DNA of 62,454 bases, counting the filler, from Chiloscyllium plagiosum (Eukaryota): assembly GCF_004010195.1 (NCBI RefSeq). It is 4 parts of one record of this genome, joined end to end, with 100 filler letters (N's around TTAATTAATTAA, not from the genome) between each part and the next. Parts side by side here need not be neighbours in the genome. Positions count along the whole stretch, not along the records: positions 33,300 to 57,786 come from NC_057714.1; 3 more parts are not named here. One strand, 5' to 3'. A model generated the notes under the pieces. That model made no database searches and was not told where the DNA came from. It saw only the letters and a program-made list of their open reading frames with translations. Positions 35,220-50,455 of this stretch are shown here, one piece after another (positions within the stretch are counted from its first letter, which is position 1; the number at the start of each line of letters is the position of its first letter). A program made the translations under genes and the position numbers.

Positions 35220-36360
35220 TTGTTGTAACATGGACAACAGAACATGGTGACAGAGGAGAGGCAAGAGTGACAGCCCTTGACATCGAGGCTGCATTTGTCC
35301 CAAGTGTGGTATCAGGGAGCCCTGGCAAAACTGGAGTCAGTAGCAATCAGTGGGAGGGTGGGGACACTCACTGGTTGGAGTCATATCTAGCACAAAGGAA
35401 GATGTTTATAATTGTTGGAGCCTATCAGCTCCAGGATACTTCTGGAAGAGTTCCTCAGAGTAGTGTCCTAGCTCAATCGTCTTTGGCTGTTTCATCAATG
35501 ATCTTCCCTCCACCATGAGGTCAGAGTAAGGAGGTTCACTGACACTACCATAAGGAACTCCTGCAATGGTGTTCTGGGACAGTGGTGATTGGTGACCAAC
35601 AACCATGGACATCTTCCTTTGGGTTAGGCAAGTGTCCGACCTGGCCAGCATCCAAGCTTAAGTTGCTGTGTGGTAAGTAATGTTTGCAGCATGCCAGGCA
35701 ATGAGCGTTGCTAATGAGAGGGACTCTGATTACTTCCCCTCAACATTCCCTTGCATTAATGTGATTGAAATCCCCAATATAAACATCATGTGGGACTGCA
35801 TTGACTGGAAACAAAGGCATACAAATACTACAAGAGCAGGTCAGAGGTTAGGAATACTGCAGTGAGTGACTCACTTCCTAATTCCCAAAGCCTGTCCACC
35901 ATCTAGGAGGCACAAGTCAGGAGTGTGACAGAATACTCCCCACTTGCCAGGATGGGTGCAGCTCCAACAACACTCAAAAAGCTTGACACCATCCTTGACA
36001 AAACAGCCGCTTGATTGGCCCAACATTGACCAGCTTTACTTTCACCCCCAATGCACAGTGGCAGCAGTGTGTCCCAGCTACATGATTCACTGCAGAAATA
36101 CATCAAACCTCCTTTATTGGCATCTAACTAACACATAACTGCTTCCATCTAGAAGGACAAAGGCAGCAGATACATGGGAACACCACCCCCTGCAAGTTCC
36201 CCTCCAGACCACTCACCACCCTGTCGCTGGGTCAAAATCCTGGAATTCCCTCCCTAAGAACATTCTGGGTCAACCAACAGCCATGGATTGCAGTCGGTCA
36301 GAAAGGCAGCTCCTCTCCCACCTTCTCAAGGGGCAACTAGGGATGGGCAATAAATATTGC
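35220..36360 (+). mobile_element. Older CR1/L2-group LINE remnant; related pieces at 6030-6270, 30490-31320 (-), 32255-32745, 50640-50990
   Basis: ALDIEAAF, VPQSSVL and TIYKAQVRSVMEY-like motifs with a shared 3' tail. Confidence 0.7.
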
Positions 36361-39300
36361 CATTGGATAAGCTGTTAAATGTGAGGAACCATCTTCCCCA
36401 CTGCGCTAGCCATAACAGTTCCAAGGCACTGATCCTAAGGAAGCAAGATGTCCTGGCACCAAGGAGATATTTGTGATGGACCTGCTCTGACATATTATGA
36501 CAAGAGAGACATGAACCTGGGCTTTCTGGTTCGGTGGACACTGCCAGAGGCTGCAGTATTGGATTCAAGATGCCTTAAGCAGATTATCCAGTTTTTCCTA
36601 TTTGCTGATGTGTTGTGGGTATTGCTGGCTTCGCTGAGATCCTGCGACTGAGATGATTGACCTCCAACAACCACAAACATTGATGACTCCACCCAGCGGA
36701 GAGTGCCCCCTGACTGCACTTTTTCCCAGATTCCTTGATGTCACACACAGTGGATTCAGCCTTGATGTCAAGGGCTGCCCCTCAGCTCATCTCCAGAATT
36801 CAGCTCTTTTGTCTATTTTTGACCAAGTCTGTAGTGAGTTACTTATTTCATTGCTGTTTGTGGCAACTTGCTATTTGCAAATTGACTGCAGCAGCTACAT
36901 TACAAATGTATTTAATTGGCTGTGAATTGCTTTGGGATATCCAAGGCTCCTGTATGTTTCCATTCGGGTATCTTTGTGTCGATAATGGAATAGTCTAGGT
37001 TAGATGGGCTTCAGATTGGTTTCACAGGTCGGTGCAACATAGAGGGCGGAAGGGCCTGTACTGCGCTGTAATGTTCTATTTTCTGGATTAGTGGTGCTGG
37101 AAGAGCACAGCAGTTCAGGCAGCATCCGATGTTCTATGTTCTGTGAGTTAAATATAAATTGCAATGTGTGCCATGGAGAGCTCACTGTAACTAACTGCTT
37201 CACCTAGACGAAAGTGAGGACTGCAGATGCTGGAGATCAAAGGCAAGATTAGAGTGGTGCTGGAAAAGCACAGCAAGTCAGGCAGCATCCGAGGAGCAGG
37301 AAAACTGACGTTTCGAGCTTCTGCCAAAATGTTGATTTTCCTGCTCCTCGGATGCTACCTGAACGGGGCCCACAATCCCCATGTGGGCTCAACCCCACCC
37401 CCCACAAGCTGAGCTGCCAAAGCCAGCCAGACTTGCTCACCATTTCCCCACTGACCACCAGGAATCTGAGACAGTTGTGGATTAATGGGTGATAGTGCAG
37501 CTTATTGATGATCTGAATGAGTGAGGCTGGGCTAGACTCCATCTGTGAGAGAGGGCTAACTGGCCTCTCCTCATCCTGGGAACGAAGGAAAGCAGACAAG
37601 TGGCCATCACTGTCCTTGGCTAACCTTGGGGAACTGGGGTTACTGCAGTTACATTCAGTAGTGGGACCCTGTGCAAAGAATCTCGTGTTAAACCCACATT
37701 TGTTGAATTTCCGGTCATGTATTCAGAGGCAGGAGGGGCTGTTAGATAGCGATTACACTGTTGGTAGATAGAAGTTATTGATGGAAAATTTCAGCTTGTT
37801 ATATCTGGTTCTGCTTACCATTTTGGTTTAGAACTCAGCTGTCTCCCCTTCCCCCTTAAACAATCCCTTGGGATTGAGAGTGACTTCCACTTTGGGTTTG
37901 ATGGGTTCTGAGGCAGTTTGAGACCAATGCTTGATCTGCACACACTGCCACGCATGTGACTGCGAGTAGACCATTCAGTGCTTCTCTGCCATTCAATAAG
38001 ACCATGGCTGATCTGATTTTAATCTCAACTCTGCATTCCTGTTTATCCCTGATAACCTGTCATCCCCTTTGTAGTCAAGACTTTCAGGAGATAAAGAGCT
38101 GGCTTTTCCTCAGAAGGCACTCCATTCATTCCAAACATTAGTCTAAAATGCCTTCTCTGAGCTGCTTCCAATGCACTAATGCCCTTCTGTAAGTTTGGTG
38201 ACTGGTACACAGGACTGTAGGTGTGGTCTTACCAGTACCAGGTATAACTAAAACTTGATCTTTCTTGCATTCAATTTCCTTCATAAAACCAAACAAAGCA
38301 TTCTGTTAGCTTGAAAGGCCATGTGGTGTTTGAAGGGTTATATGGATGGAGTGTGTAAGGGCTTGTCTTTCCCTCAGATAGTTTGGCTTCACCTTCACTT
38401 GTTCCTTACAAAGTCTGGTGATGTTTAGTTCCTTTCCAAGTGAACCTGCTACATTCTGGTCAGTCCCACATCAGGCTCTCCCCTGAATGGGTGGCTGACA
38501 TTTGACTGCTTCAGCAATACTTTGTGGGTTGTCCTGACAATGTTTCTGCCGTCCATCTGGGAGTCTCCCGCCCCAGCCCCAAATCTAGATTCCAATGCTT
38601 CTGGACTCTGGTGTCAGATATCGTAGGTTTTGTTTTTTTTTTAATTGTCACACCTATCTAGGGTGATATGTTGTTTTATTGGCTCTAATGTACAGGGTAG
38701 GGAAAGCACAAATACTGATAGAAATGTATGTTTGCAGGACGTTCACCCACATAACCCACGCTGGTTTTGTGCTGTTGTGATACGGTTTTCTAGCAGTAGA
38801 GTTGATGTGTGAGTTGATGAATATTGGGAAGTTGAGTGGAGCATCAGTACAGGTAGTTGGTATGCAGTGTTCCTGTCAAACCCCCGCTGTGTATTTCGTT
38901 GTTTGATTAGATTAGATTCCCTACAGTACAGAAACAGGCCCTTTGGCCCAACAAGTCCACACCAACCCTCCGAAGAGTAACCCACCCAGACCCATCCCCC
39001 TACCCTATATTTACCCCTGACCAACACAACTATCACTGGGTAATTTATCATGGCTGATTCACCTGACCTGGCCATCTTTGGATTGTGGGGAGGAAACCGG
39101 AGCACCCAGAGGAAACCCACGCAGACACTGGGAGAATGTGTAAACTCCACACAGGCATTACCTGAGGCTGGAATTGAACCCGGGTCCCTGGCGCTGTGAG
39201 GCAGCACTGCTAACCACTGAGCCACCGTGCCTCCCATTTGGCAGTTGTGTTTCACGCCACGATTTCAGAATTGTTTGTCCCTGCAAAAATATTTTCTTCC

Positions 39301-40155
39301 AAGTGTCTGAGGTTTAAAAGGAGGCAGCTTCCTCACCAGCCACCTCCCCATCACACGGTCTAACACTGTAATAGTATCCAACAGCTGCTTGTTTCCGTAT
39401 TGAGTTGTATTCATTGACGGTACTGCAGCATGAGGCGAGAATCCGAAGGTACAGTTCATCTCTAGTTAACGTAATGATAAACTCCACTTGTCATATTTCA
39501 ATTCAAGGGGCCCAGTTAGAGCCAGTGGTCAGTATCCTACCACATTTTAATTCACTTGTGGCTGTTCCAGCATTTGCTGCCTATCCCTAGTTGCCCCCAG
39601 TCTTTGGCGTTCTCATTAGCTACGCAGGTCCCCACTGGTCACATGTCTTCAATCTCTATTTTGTTTCACTCCTCGTCCTCTCCACTAGTCCTCACACGAG
39701 ACCGTGGTGGTAATATGGAACTTACTGCCAGGTGAGGAGAGAGCATGGCTGGATGCCCAGACAGAGCTCATTTTGTTTGTGGGAACAAGGTGTGCTGTTG
39801 CTGTGTAATGGACTGTGTAAGGTGCCAACATATGGGCTCGGAGTCTTTCTGAGGAGCAGCACTCACTGAGCCACACGATGGTTTCTCTATTGACCGATAT
39901 ATGGTCTTCCTGGTGAGTGTGCAGGGGCTGAGATGCTAGACACACAGGCCATGTTAACTCTGACCCCCCCCCCCCCCCCGAGCTTTCTGTATTGGCTGCC
40001 TGTCAGTATCTGTTATCAGTTGCTTTTTTTTACTGCAGTTGCTCAAATCCAGTTGGAGAACATCGGGAGGCTTTACAGGACAACTGACGAAAAAAAATTA
40101 ACCTTTCACATTGCATTGCAGGTAACACAGCAAGGGCCATTTCAGCTGCTAGTGA

Positions 40156-40260
<105 letters not shown>

Positions 40261-42575
40261 TAAGAATAATTCTTGTGTGTGTCTCATGCTCTGTTGCCTT
40301 CTCTCACGCTCCCTCGTGCCCTTGTTTTTTTTTTCTCTTTCTCTCTCTCTCTCTATCCCCCTCGCTCTCTCTCTCTATCCCCCTCTCCCGCTCTCTCTCT
40401 CTATCCCTCNNNNNNNNNNNNNNNNNNNNNNNNNNNNNNNNNNNNNNNNNNNNNNNNNNNNNNNNNNNNNNNNNNNNNNNNNNNNNNNNNNNNNNNNNNN
40501 NNNNNNNNNNNNNNNNNNNNNNNNNNNNNNNNNNNNNNNNNNNNNNNNNNNNNNNNNNNNNNNNNNNNNNNNNNNNNNNNNNNNNNNNNNNNNNNNNNNN
40601 NNNNNNNNNNNNNNNNNNNNNNNNNNNNNNNNNNNNNNNNNNNNNNNNNNNNNNNNNNNNNNNNNNNNNNNNNNNNNNNNNNNNNNNNNNNNNNNNNNNN
40701 NNNNNNNNNNNNNNNNNNNNNNNNNNNNNNNNNNNNNNNNNNNNNNNNNNNNNNNNNNNNNNNNNNNNNNNNNNNNNNNNNNNNNNNNNNNNNNNNNNNN
40801 NNNNNNNNNNNNNNNNNNNNCTCTCTCTCTCTCTATTCCCCCCCCCCCCCATCCCTATCTCCCTCTCTCTCGCTGTATGTGTGTGTGTGTGTGTGTGTGT
40901 GTTCAACCGAGGCCTCCTATTGCTATCCATAACTGGTTACAACCTGTAAAAGGAACCTGATTATTCCCTCTCTTTGTCTTCTCACAATTAATTAATCTCT
41001 GATTAATACCAATCGAATACCCCAATCTCAGGTTGCTAATTTTTGTAACTTGGCTGCTCCCAATTACCCAGCGATTTTCTCCCCCACTTTCCTCTTGTGC
41101 GCCCACACTCTCACCCACATCCACCCCCTAGTTTTAGTATCGCTGCGTGGTTGACCCAGGAAACGTTCTGGTGACCGGGATTTGAATCCTACCATGGCAG
41201 ATGCTGGAATTTGAATTCGATAAACACCTGGAGTAACAAGTCTAATGACGACCATGAATCTATTGTCAATTCTGGGGAAAGCTCCACCTGGTTTGTTAAT
41301 GCCCTTTAGGGAAGGAAACTGCCGTCCTCACCTGGTCAGGCCTACATGTGACTCCAGACCCACAGCAAAGTGGTTGACTCTTAACTGACTTTAATCCACA
41401 TTTGGAGTATTGTGTGCAGTTTTGGGCCCCATATCTCAGGAAGGATATACTGGCCCAAGAGTGTGTTCAGAGGAGGTCCCAGGAATGAAAAGCTTAACAT
41501 ATGAGGAACATTTGAGGAGTTCTGGGTCTATGCTCAGAGTTTAGAAGGATGGGAAGGGGGGGATCTAATTGCAACTTGAAGAATACCAAATGGCCTGGAC
41601 AGAGTGGTTGTTTGGAAGATGTTTCAATTGGTAGGAGTGATGAGGACCCAAGGGCACAGCTTAGAGTAAAGAGATGACCTTTTAGAATGGAGATAAGGAG
41701 AAACTTCTTCAGCCAGAGAGTGGGGAATCTATGGAATTCACTGCCACAGAAGGCTGTGGAGTCACATTATTATTGAGTATATTTGAGACTGAGACAGATA
41801 GGTTCTTGATTGTCAAGGGGATCAAGGGTTACGGGGAAAAAGAAGGAAAATGTGGTTGAGAAATGCACCAGAGTCGAGAGTGTGGCGCTGGGAAAACACA
41901 GCAGCATCCGAGGAGCAGGAGAATTCACATTTTGAGCATAAGTTCCTGATGAAGAGCTTGTGCTTGAAACATTGATTCTCCTGCTCCTCGGATGCTGCCT
42001 GACCTGCTGTGCTTTTCCAGCACCACACTCTCGACTCTGATCTCCAACATCTGCAGTCCTGATTTTCCCCTGAGAAATGTATCAGCCATGATTGAATATC
42101 AGAACAGACTCGATGGGCTGAATGGCCTAATTTCTGCTCCTATGTCTCATAGTCTTATACCCTCTGGGCAATTAGGGATGGGCAACAAATGCTGGCCTAG
42201 CCAATGATGTACAGGCACAGCCATCCGTGCCCCACTCCTGCCTTTCCCCTTGGGCACCAATCCCCCGCCTGCCTGCAAACTGAGCTCACATGCACTCTCC
42301 CACATGAGGCCTTCGTGATAGCACCAGCCAGTATGGGAATTGAACTCACACTGCTGGTGTGACTCTGCAACATGAATCAGCCTTCCAGCCAACTGAACTA
42401 AACTTGTCCCCCACACCTTTCTGCTGTCCCTTTCAGTACCAGCAACTGAGTGCTGGAGCTGTCAAGCAGGAGGCTTTTACGCAGAACGAGTGATAACTGC
42501 AGAGATCTCTGACCTATTCTCCCACTGTCCCATATAGCTGCAACGTGACAGCTCAGGGTGGTGACCAGTGACTGA

Positions 42576-43211
<636 letters not shown>

Positions 43212-44112
43212 TAACCTATCATTCTACATTTACTCTTGACTAATGCACCTAACTCGTACATCCCTGAACACTACGGGCAATTTAGCAAGGCCAGTTCACC
43301 TAACCTACACATCTTTGGATCGTGGGAGGAAACCAGAGCACCTGGAGGAAACCCACGCAGACACGGGGAGAATGTGCAAACTCCACAGTAATCCATAGTC
43401 ACCTAAGCTAGGAATTGAACCCGGGTCCCTGGTGCTGTGAGGCAGCACTGCTAACCACTGAGCCACTGTGCCAATACTGAGGAATGGGATCTGTAGCCAT
43501 ACCATTACTCTAGTAGCTGCTGTAGGCTTATGCACTGGATGAGAAGTTCCCGTGGTCTCTGATATGATGCAAAGCATGAACATGTGCTTTTGTTTGCAGA
43601 GAAGGGCTTTTTGTGTGTATTCAGTGCTTGTATTACCTGGGATTTGGGGAGTCTTCAGATTGGCCAAAGAGAAAGTAGCAGCAATTAGAATTGATTTGTC
43701 AACCAATAAGCACCCTTCCCTTCAGTAGTTAAGAGTAGCTGTGATTGTTTGAAAATTGCCGTTCTCGTTGTTAGTCCTGAATGAGTGTAAGACACAAGCT
43801 TCAGAAACGTGTCTTTTTTCAGCAGGGTTAAATTTAAACTCGAACAAAAACAGAAGTTGCTGGAAAAGCTCAGCAAGTCTGGCAGTATCTGTGAAGAAAA
43901 ATCAGAGTTAATATTTCAGGTCTGGTGACCCTTCCTTAGAACTGATCTGATTTCTCTTCACAGATGCTGCCAGACCTGCTGAGCTTTTCCAGCAACTTCT
44001 GTTTTTGTTTCTGATTTACAGCATTCACAGTTATTTCAGTTTTTATTTAATGTAAGTTCTGCTTGTTTTGTGAATCCTGTGCAAATGCTGACTGAATTCT
44101 TTGCTTCCACAG

Positions 44113-44214
44113 CCTGTAAAAAAGAAGAAAATAAAGCGAGAGATAAAAATTTTAGAGAACTTGCGTGGGGGCCCCAACATCATAAACCTGCTAGACATAG
44201 TAAAAGACCCAGTG
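44113..44214 (+). CDS. CSNK2A1: CK2 alpha coding exon 3 ([34 protein letters not shown])
   Basis: Acceptor TTTGCTTCCACAG, donor GTGAGT, 102 nt; CK2 basic cluster KKKKIKR. Confidence 0.96.
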
Positions 44215-45899
44215 GTGAGTACTGAACGTTATCAAGAGGCTTTTCCTAAAGTCTCTGGGTTCACAGCAGGCTGAGAAACCAGGGTTGTTGTCTGCATTCC
44301 AACCATCGCGGGTCTTTCGTATCATGTCACCCCTTGGCCTACTTTGTTCCAAAGAAAACAACTCAATCTCTCCTCGTAGCTACAATTCTCCAGCTTTGGC
44401 CACACTTTTGTAAACCTTCTCTGGCTTCTGTCCAGGGCAAATACATCCTTCCTGTAATGTGACCAGAACTGTGCACAATACTCCAGTTGTGACCTCACCA
44501 CTGTCTTATACAGTTTCATCATTATATACGTACTTCTATATTCTGTACCTTCACCAATGAAGGAGAGCATTCTATACCTCTCATACCTGTGCTGCTACTT
44601 TTAGGAACTTGTGCTATTGCATGGTAAGATCTCTCACTTTATCTACCCCCTCAGTATATTACTGTTTATTGTGTTTTCCCTTTTACTGTTTACCTAAATG
44701 CATTACCTCACCCGTACCACAGTTGAATTCCAGTCTTCTATTATTTTGGCGCCTGCACCTATCCTCTGCATTATGCAACTAATTTTTTGTCATCCACAAA
44801 TTTCCCAACTGTACTCCCCATGTTCAAATCCAGATCATTACTGTGTCCAAAACCAGCAGGGGACCCAACACTGAGCCCTACAAAACACCACCTGAAACAG
44901 CTTTCTATTCGCATGGACAGCCATCGATTATTAGTATTCGTTTCCTGGCATTAACCCAGCTTTGGATCCAATTTGACATGTTGCCCTGTATCCCCTGGGA
45001 TTTTACTTCTTTGGCCAGTCTGCTGTTTGGAATGTTTCCTCCATTGGGAGATTCTCGGGGTCACTTTTAAAAAAAAAAGGTTGCCCATTTAAGACAGATG
45101 AAGGAAAAAAAAATCTCCAAGGGATGTGAATCTTTGCCTCCTCAAAAAGTGATAATAGCAGAGCCTTTAAGTACTTGAAAAGCAGAGATCGATTATTGGT
45201 AAGCAAGGGGTTGAAAGGTTATTTGGACTAGGTGGGAATGTGGAGTAATCAGGTCAGCATGATCTTATCGAATAGTGGAGCCAGGCTGGAAGGGCTGAGT
45301 GGCCCTAACTCATATGTTTATAACATCCTGGTTTGTGATCCTCCTGGTGTTCATATAACTATAAGACCAGAAGGAACAGGAGTAGGCCATTCGGCCCCTC
45401 GAACCTGCTGCGTCATTCAATAGGATCATGGCTGATCCCACATTCCTCACATCCACTTTCCTGCCCTTTCCCCTTATCCCTCCATTCCCCAACTAATCAA
45501 GATGTCATCAATCTTAGTCCTAAATATACAGAAGAACTCTGCTCCCACATTCTCTGTGGCAAGGATTTCCAAAGAGACTCAACCCTCTGAGAGAAGAAAT
45601 TCCTCGTCATCTCAGTCTTAAATCGCTGCCCCTTTGTTCTGAGACTGTGCCCTCTGGTCCTCGACTCTCCCATGAGGGGGAACATCCTCTCAGCATTTAC
45701 CCCATCAAGCCCCTCTGGACTCTGATGTGATACTCTGAGGTCGCCTGTCATTGTTCTAAAGTAATTTGTGCAGAATCCCAACCTGTTTAACATTGGCTCA
45801 GAATGCTTTTGTAAATGCCTCTCAGTATCTACTTTATGAAACCTGAATGTGTACAGGCGGTTGAGAGTACTGAGGTCATGAATAAGATTTCAAGGTCGC

Positions 45900-48450
45900 G
45901 GGAGTGTACCAGCAGGCAGGAAGGTGGTTTGAAGTGAGTCTACTTCAATGCCAGGAGCATCCAGAATAAGGTGGTGAAGTTGCAGCATGGGCTGGTACCT
46001 GGGACTTTGATGTTGTGGCCATTTTGGAGACATGGGTAAAGAAGAGACAGTAATAGTTGTTGCAGGTTCCAGTTTTAAATGTTTCAGTAAGATCAGGGAA
46101 GGTGGTGAAAGAGGGGGAGGTGTGCTATTGTTACAGTATTATGGTGGCTTTGAGGACTTGTATACTGAGGTAGTATGGGTTGAGGTTAAAAAGAGGAAAG
46201 GCAAGGTCACCCTGTTGGAGTTTTCTGTAGGCCTCTGAATAGTTCCAGAGATGTAGAGGAAAAGATTATTCTGGATAGGAGCGAAAGTATCAGGATAGTT
46301 GTTATGGGGGACTTCAACTTTCCAAATATTGCCTGGAAACGCTACAGTTTGAGTACTTTAGATGGGTCAGTTTTTGTCCAATATGTGCAGGAGGGTTTCC
46401 TGACAGTATGTAGACAGGAAAAAGTGGGTACTGCAGATGCTGGAGTATGTTATGGGGGACTTCAACTTTCCAAATATTGCCTGGAAACGCTATAGTTTGA
46501 GTACTTTAGATGGGTCAATTTTTGTCCAATATGTGCAGGAGGGTTTCCTGACAGTATGTAGACAGGAAAAAGTGGGTACTGCAGATGCTGGAGTATATAG
46601 ATAGGCCATCAAGAGGCGAGACCACATTGGATTTGGTACTGAGTAATGAACCTGGCCAGGTGTCAGATTTGGAGGTAGGTGAGCACTTTGGTGGCAGTGA
46701 CCACAATTCGGTTACATTTACTTTAGTGATGGAAAGGGATAGGTATATACTTACTGTAAGGCAAGAGTTATAGCTGGGGGAAAGGCAATTATGATGCAAT
46801 TAGACAAGATTTAGGATGCAGAGGATGGGGAAGGAAACTGCAGGGATGGGCACAATTGAAATGTGGAGCTTGTTCAAGGAACAGCTACTGCGGGTCCTTG
46901 ATAAGTATGTTCCTGTCAGGCAGGCAGTAAGTGGTCGCGCAAGGGAACCGTGGTTTACTAAAGAAGTTGAATCTCTTGTCAAGAGGAAGAAGGCGGCTTA
47001 TGTTAGGATGAGACATGAAAGCTCAGTTAGGATTCTTGAGAGTTGCAAGTTAGCCAGGAAAGACCTAAAGAGAGAACTAAGAGCCAGGAGGGGTAATGAC
47101 AAGTCTTTGGCAGGTTGGATCAAGGAAAACCCTAAAGCTTTCTATAGGTATGTCAGGAATAAAAGAAAGACGAGGGTAAGATTAGGGCTAGTCAAGGACA
47201 ATAGTGGGAAGTTGTGCGTGGAGTCTGAAGAGGTAGGAGAGATGCTAAATGAATATTTTTCATTAGTATTCATACAGGAACAAGACAGTGTTGTTGAGGA
47301 TACTGAGAAACAGACTACTAGATTAGATGGGCTTGAGATTCACAAGGAGGTGTTAGCAATTCTAGAAAGTGTGAAAATAGATAAATCTCCTGGGCCAGAT
47401 GGGATTTAGAGTCAAGATTAGAATGGCGATGGAAAAGCACAGCAGGTCAGGCAGCATCCGAGCAGGAGGAAAATCAGGCTTTTGCCTGAAATGTCGATTC
47501 TCCTGCTTGTCGGATGCTGCCTGACCTGCTGTGCTTTTTCAGCACAACTCTAATCTTGAGTCTGATCTCCAACATCTGCAGTCCTCACTTTCGCCCAGAT
47601 GAGATTTATCCTAGAATTCTCTGGGAAACTAATGAGGAGATTGCAGAGCCTTTTGCTTTGAATATTATGTTGTCATTGTCTACAGGAATAGTGGAAGTTA
47701 GCAAATGTTCCCTTGTTCAAGAAGGGGAGTAGAGACAACCCTGGTAATTATAGACCAGTGAGCCTTCCTTTGGTTGGGGGAAAATGTTTTGGAAAGAATT
47801 ACAAGCAATAGAGTTTATAATCATATAGAAAGGAACAATTTGATTAGGGATAGTCAACACAATTTTATGAAGGGCAGGTCGTGCCTCACAAACCTGATTG
47901 AATTCTTTGAGAAAGTGACAGATAGATGAGGGTAAAGCGGTTGATGTGGTGTATATGAATTTCAGCAAGGCATTTGATAAGGTTCCCCACGGTAGGCTAT
48001 TGCACAAAATATGGAAGCAAGGGATTGAGGGTGATTTAGTGGTTCGGATTAGACATTGGCTAGTTGAAAGAAGACAGAGAGTGGTGGTTGATGGGAAATA
48101 TTCATCCTGGAGTTCAGTTACTAGTGGGGTACCACAAGGATCTGTTTTGGGCCCACTGCTGTTTGTCATTTTTATAAATGACCTGGATGAGGGCACCTGG
48201 ATGGGTAAGTCAATCTGCAGGTGACACTAAAGTTGGAGAAGTTGCGGATAGTGACGAAGGGTGTTGCAGCTTACAGAGGGATATTGATAAGCTGCAGAGC
48301 TGGGCTGAGGTGGCAAATGGAGTTTCATGTGGAGAAGTGAGAGGTGATTCACTTTCGAAGGAGTAACAGGAATACAGAGTACTGGGCGAATGGTAAGATT
48401 CTTGGTAATGTAGAGAAATCTCAGTACCCATGTACATAGATTCCTAGAAG
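45900..48450 (+). mobile_element. Long decayed CR1 LINE ORF2 (AP endonuclease through RT)
   Basis: [57 protein letters not shown] motifs with frameshifts. Confidence 0.92.
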
Positions 48451-48451
48451 T

Positions 48452-49510
48452 TAGACCATAAGACATAGGAGTGGAAGTAAGGCCATTCGGCCCATCGAGT
48501 CCACTCCGCCATTCAATCATGGCTGATGCGCATTTCAGCTCCACTTACCAGCGTTCTCCCCGTAGCCCTTAATTCCTCTAGACAACAAGAATCTATCAAT
48601 CTCGGCCTTCAACTGGACTTCATTGAGTTGTAGAACGAATACAATCCCAGTATCCTCAGCCATTCCTCATATTTTAGACCTGTCATTCCAGGGATCATCC
48701 GTGTGAATCTCCGCTGGACACGTTCCAGTGCCAGTATGTCCTTCCTGAGGTGTGGGGACCAAAACTGGACATAGTACTCCAAATGGGGCCTAACCAGAGC
48801 TTTATAAAGTCTTAGTAGTACATCTCTGCTTTTATATTCCGACCCTCTTGAGATAAGAGACAACATTGCATTCGCTTTCTTAATCATGGACTCAACCTGC
48901 ATGTTTACCTTTAGAGAATCCTGGACTCGCACTCCCAGATCCCTTTGTGCTTTTGCTTTATTAATTTTCTCACCATTTAGTAAGTAGTCTATGCTTTTAT
49001 TCTTTTTGCCAAAGTGCAAGACCTCGCACTTGCTCACGTTAAATTCCATCAGCCATTTTCTGGACCACTCTCCCAACCTGTCTAGATCCTTCTGTAGCCT
49101 CCCCACTTCCTCAGTACTACCTTCCTGTCCACCTAACTTCGTATCATCGGCAAACTTTGCTAGAATGCCCCCGGTTCCCTCATCCAAATCGTTAATATAT
49201 AATGTGAACAGCTGTGGCCCCAGCACCGAACCCTGCGGGACACCTCTCGTCACCGGCTGCCATTCTGAAAAAGAACCTTTTATCCCAACTCTCTGCCTTC
49301 TGTTAGACAGCCAATCCTCAATCCATCCCAGCAGCTCACCTCGAACACCATGGGCCCTCACCTTGCTCAGCAGCCTCCCGTGTGGCACCTTATCAAAGGC
49401 CTTTTGAAAGTCTAGATAGACCACATCCACTGGGTTTCCCTGGTCTAACCTACTTGTTACCTCTTCAAAAAATTCCAACAGGTTTGTCAGGCATGACCTC
49501 CCTTTACTAA
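48452..49510 (-). mobile_element. Young CR1 LINE RT fragment (ORF 48609-49478) with internal deletion and 3' tail
   Basis: [37 protein letters not shown] motifs. Confidence 0.93.
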
Positions 49511-49599
49511 ATCACCATCCGAGGAAAAAGGCTCTCACTGGCCACCCTATCTAAACCTCTGATCATCCTGTATGCCCCCAAGTCACCTCTCAACCTCAG

Positions 49600-50213
49600 A
49601 TAAGTTGCCACCCATGTTGATAGAATTGTTAGCTTTTATTGGTAGAGGGATTGAGTTTCAGAGCCATGAGGTCATGTTGCAGCTGTACAAACCTCTGGTG
49701 TGGCCACACTTGGAGTATTGCATACAGTTCTGGTTGGCGCATTATAGGAAGGATGTGGAAGCTTTGGAAAGGGTGCAGAAGAGAAATACCAGGATGTTGC
49801 CTGGTATGGAGGGAAGGTCTTTTGAGGAAAGGCTGAGGGACTTGAGGCTGTGTTTATTAGAGAGAAGAAGGTTGAGAGGTGACTTGGGGGCATACAGGAT
49901 GATCAGAGGTTTAGATAGGGTGGCCAGTGAGAGCCTTTTTCCTCGGATGGTGATGGCTAGCACGAGGGGACATAGCTTTAAATTGAGGGGTGTTAGATAT
50001 AGGACAGATATCAGAGCTCGTTACTTTACTCAGAGAGTAATAGGGGCGTGGAACACACTGCAACAGTAGTAGACTTGCCATCTTCAAGGGCATTTAAATG
50101 GTCATTGGATAAACACATGGATGATAATGGAATAGTGTAGGTTAGATGGGCTTCAGATTGGTTTCACAGGTCGACACATCATCCAGGGCTGAGGGGCCTG
50201 TACTGCGCTGTAT
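49600..50213 (+). mobile_element. CR1/HER1 LINE 3' fragment
   Basis: HLEYCIQFW, LERVQ, RGHSFKLRG motifs and the HER1-type 3' UTR. Confidence 0.9.
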
Positions 50214-50404
50214 GAAATTCCCTTAGAACCTGAAATGTTTCATCTGAATCCCTTCTCGTTCTCCAACACTCCAGTGAGTATATTTGGACATACAGTACAT
50301 GGAAATGCAGGTCATGCTTTTCTCTAAATATATCTAATTTAATTAAACACCGGACTAAAAACTTCTTTCTTTTCTTTCCATGCCTTGGAATGGGCCTTTC
50401 TCAG

Positions 50405-50455
50405 TCTCGGACGCCTGCACTGGTATTTGAACATGTAAACAACACCGACTTCAAG
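50405..50455 (+). CDS. CSNK2A1: CK2 alpha coding exon 4 (SRTPALVFEHVNNTDFK); the gene continues beyond the right edge of the window
   Basis: Acceptor CCTTTCTCAG, donor GTGAGT, 51 nt; hinge residues EHV are alpha-type rather than alpha-prime-type (EYI). Confidence 0.95.
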
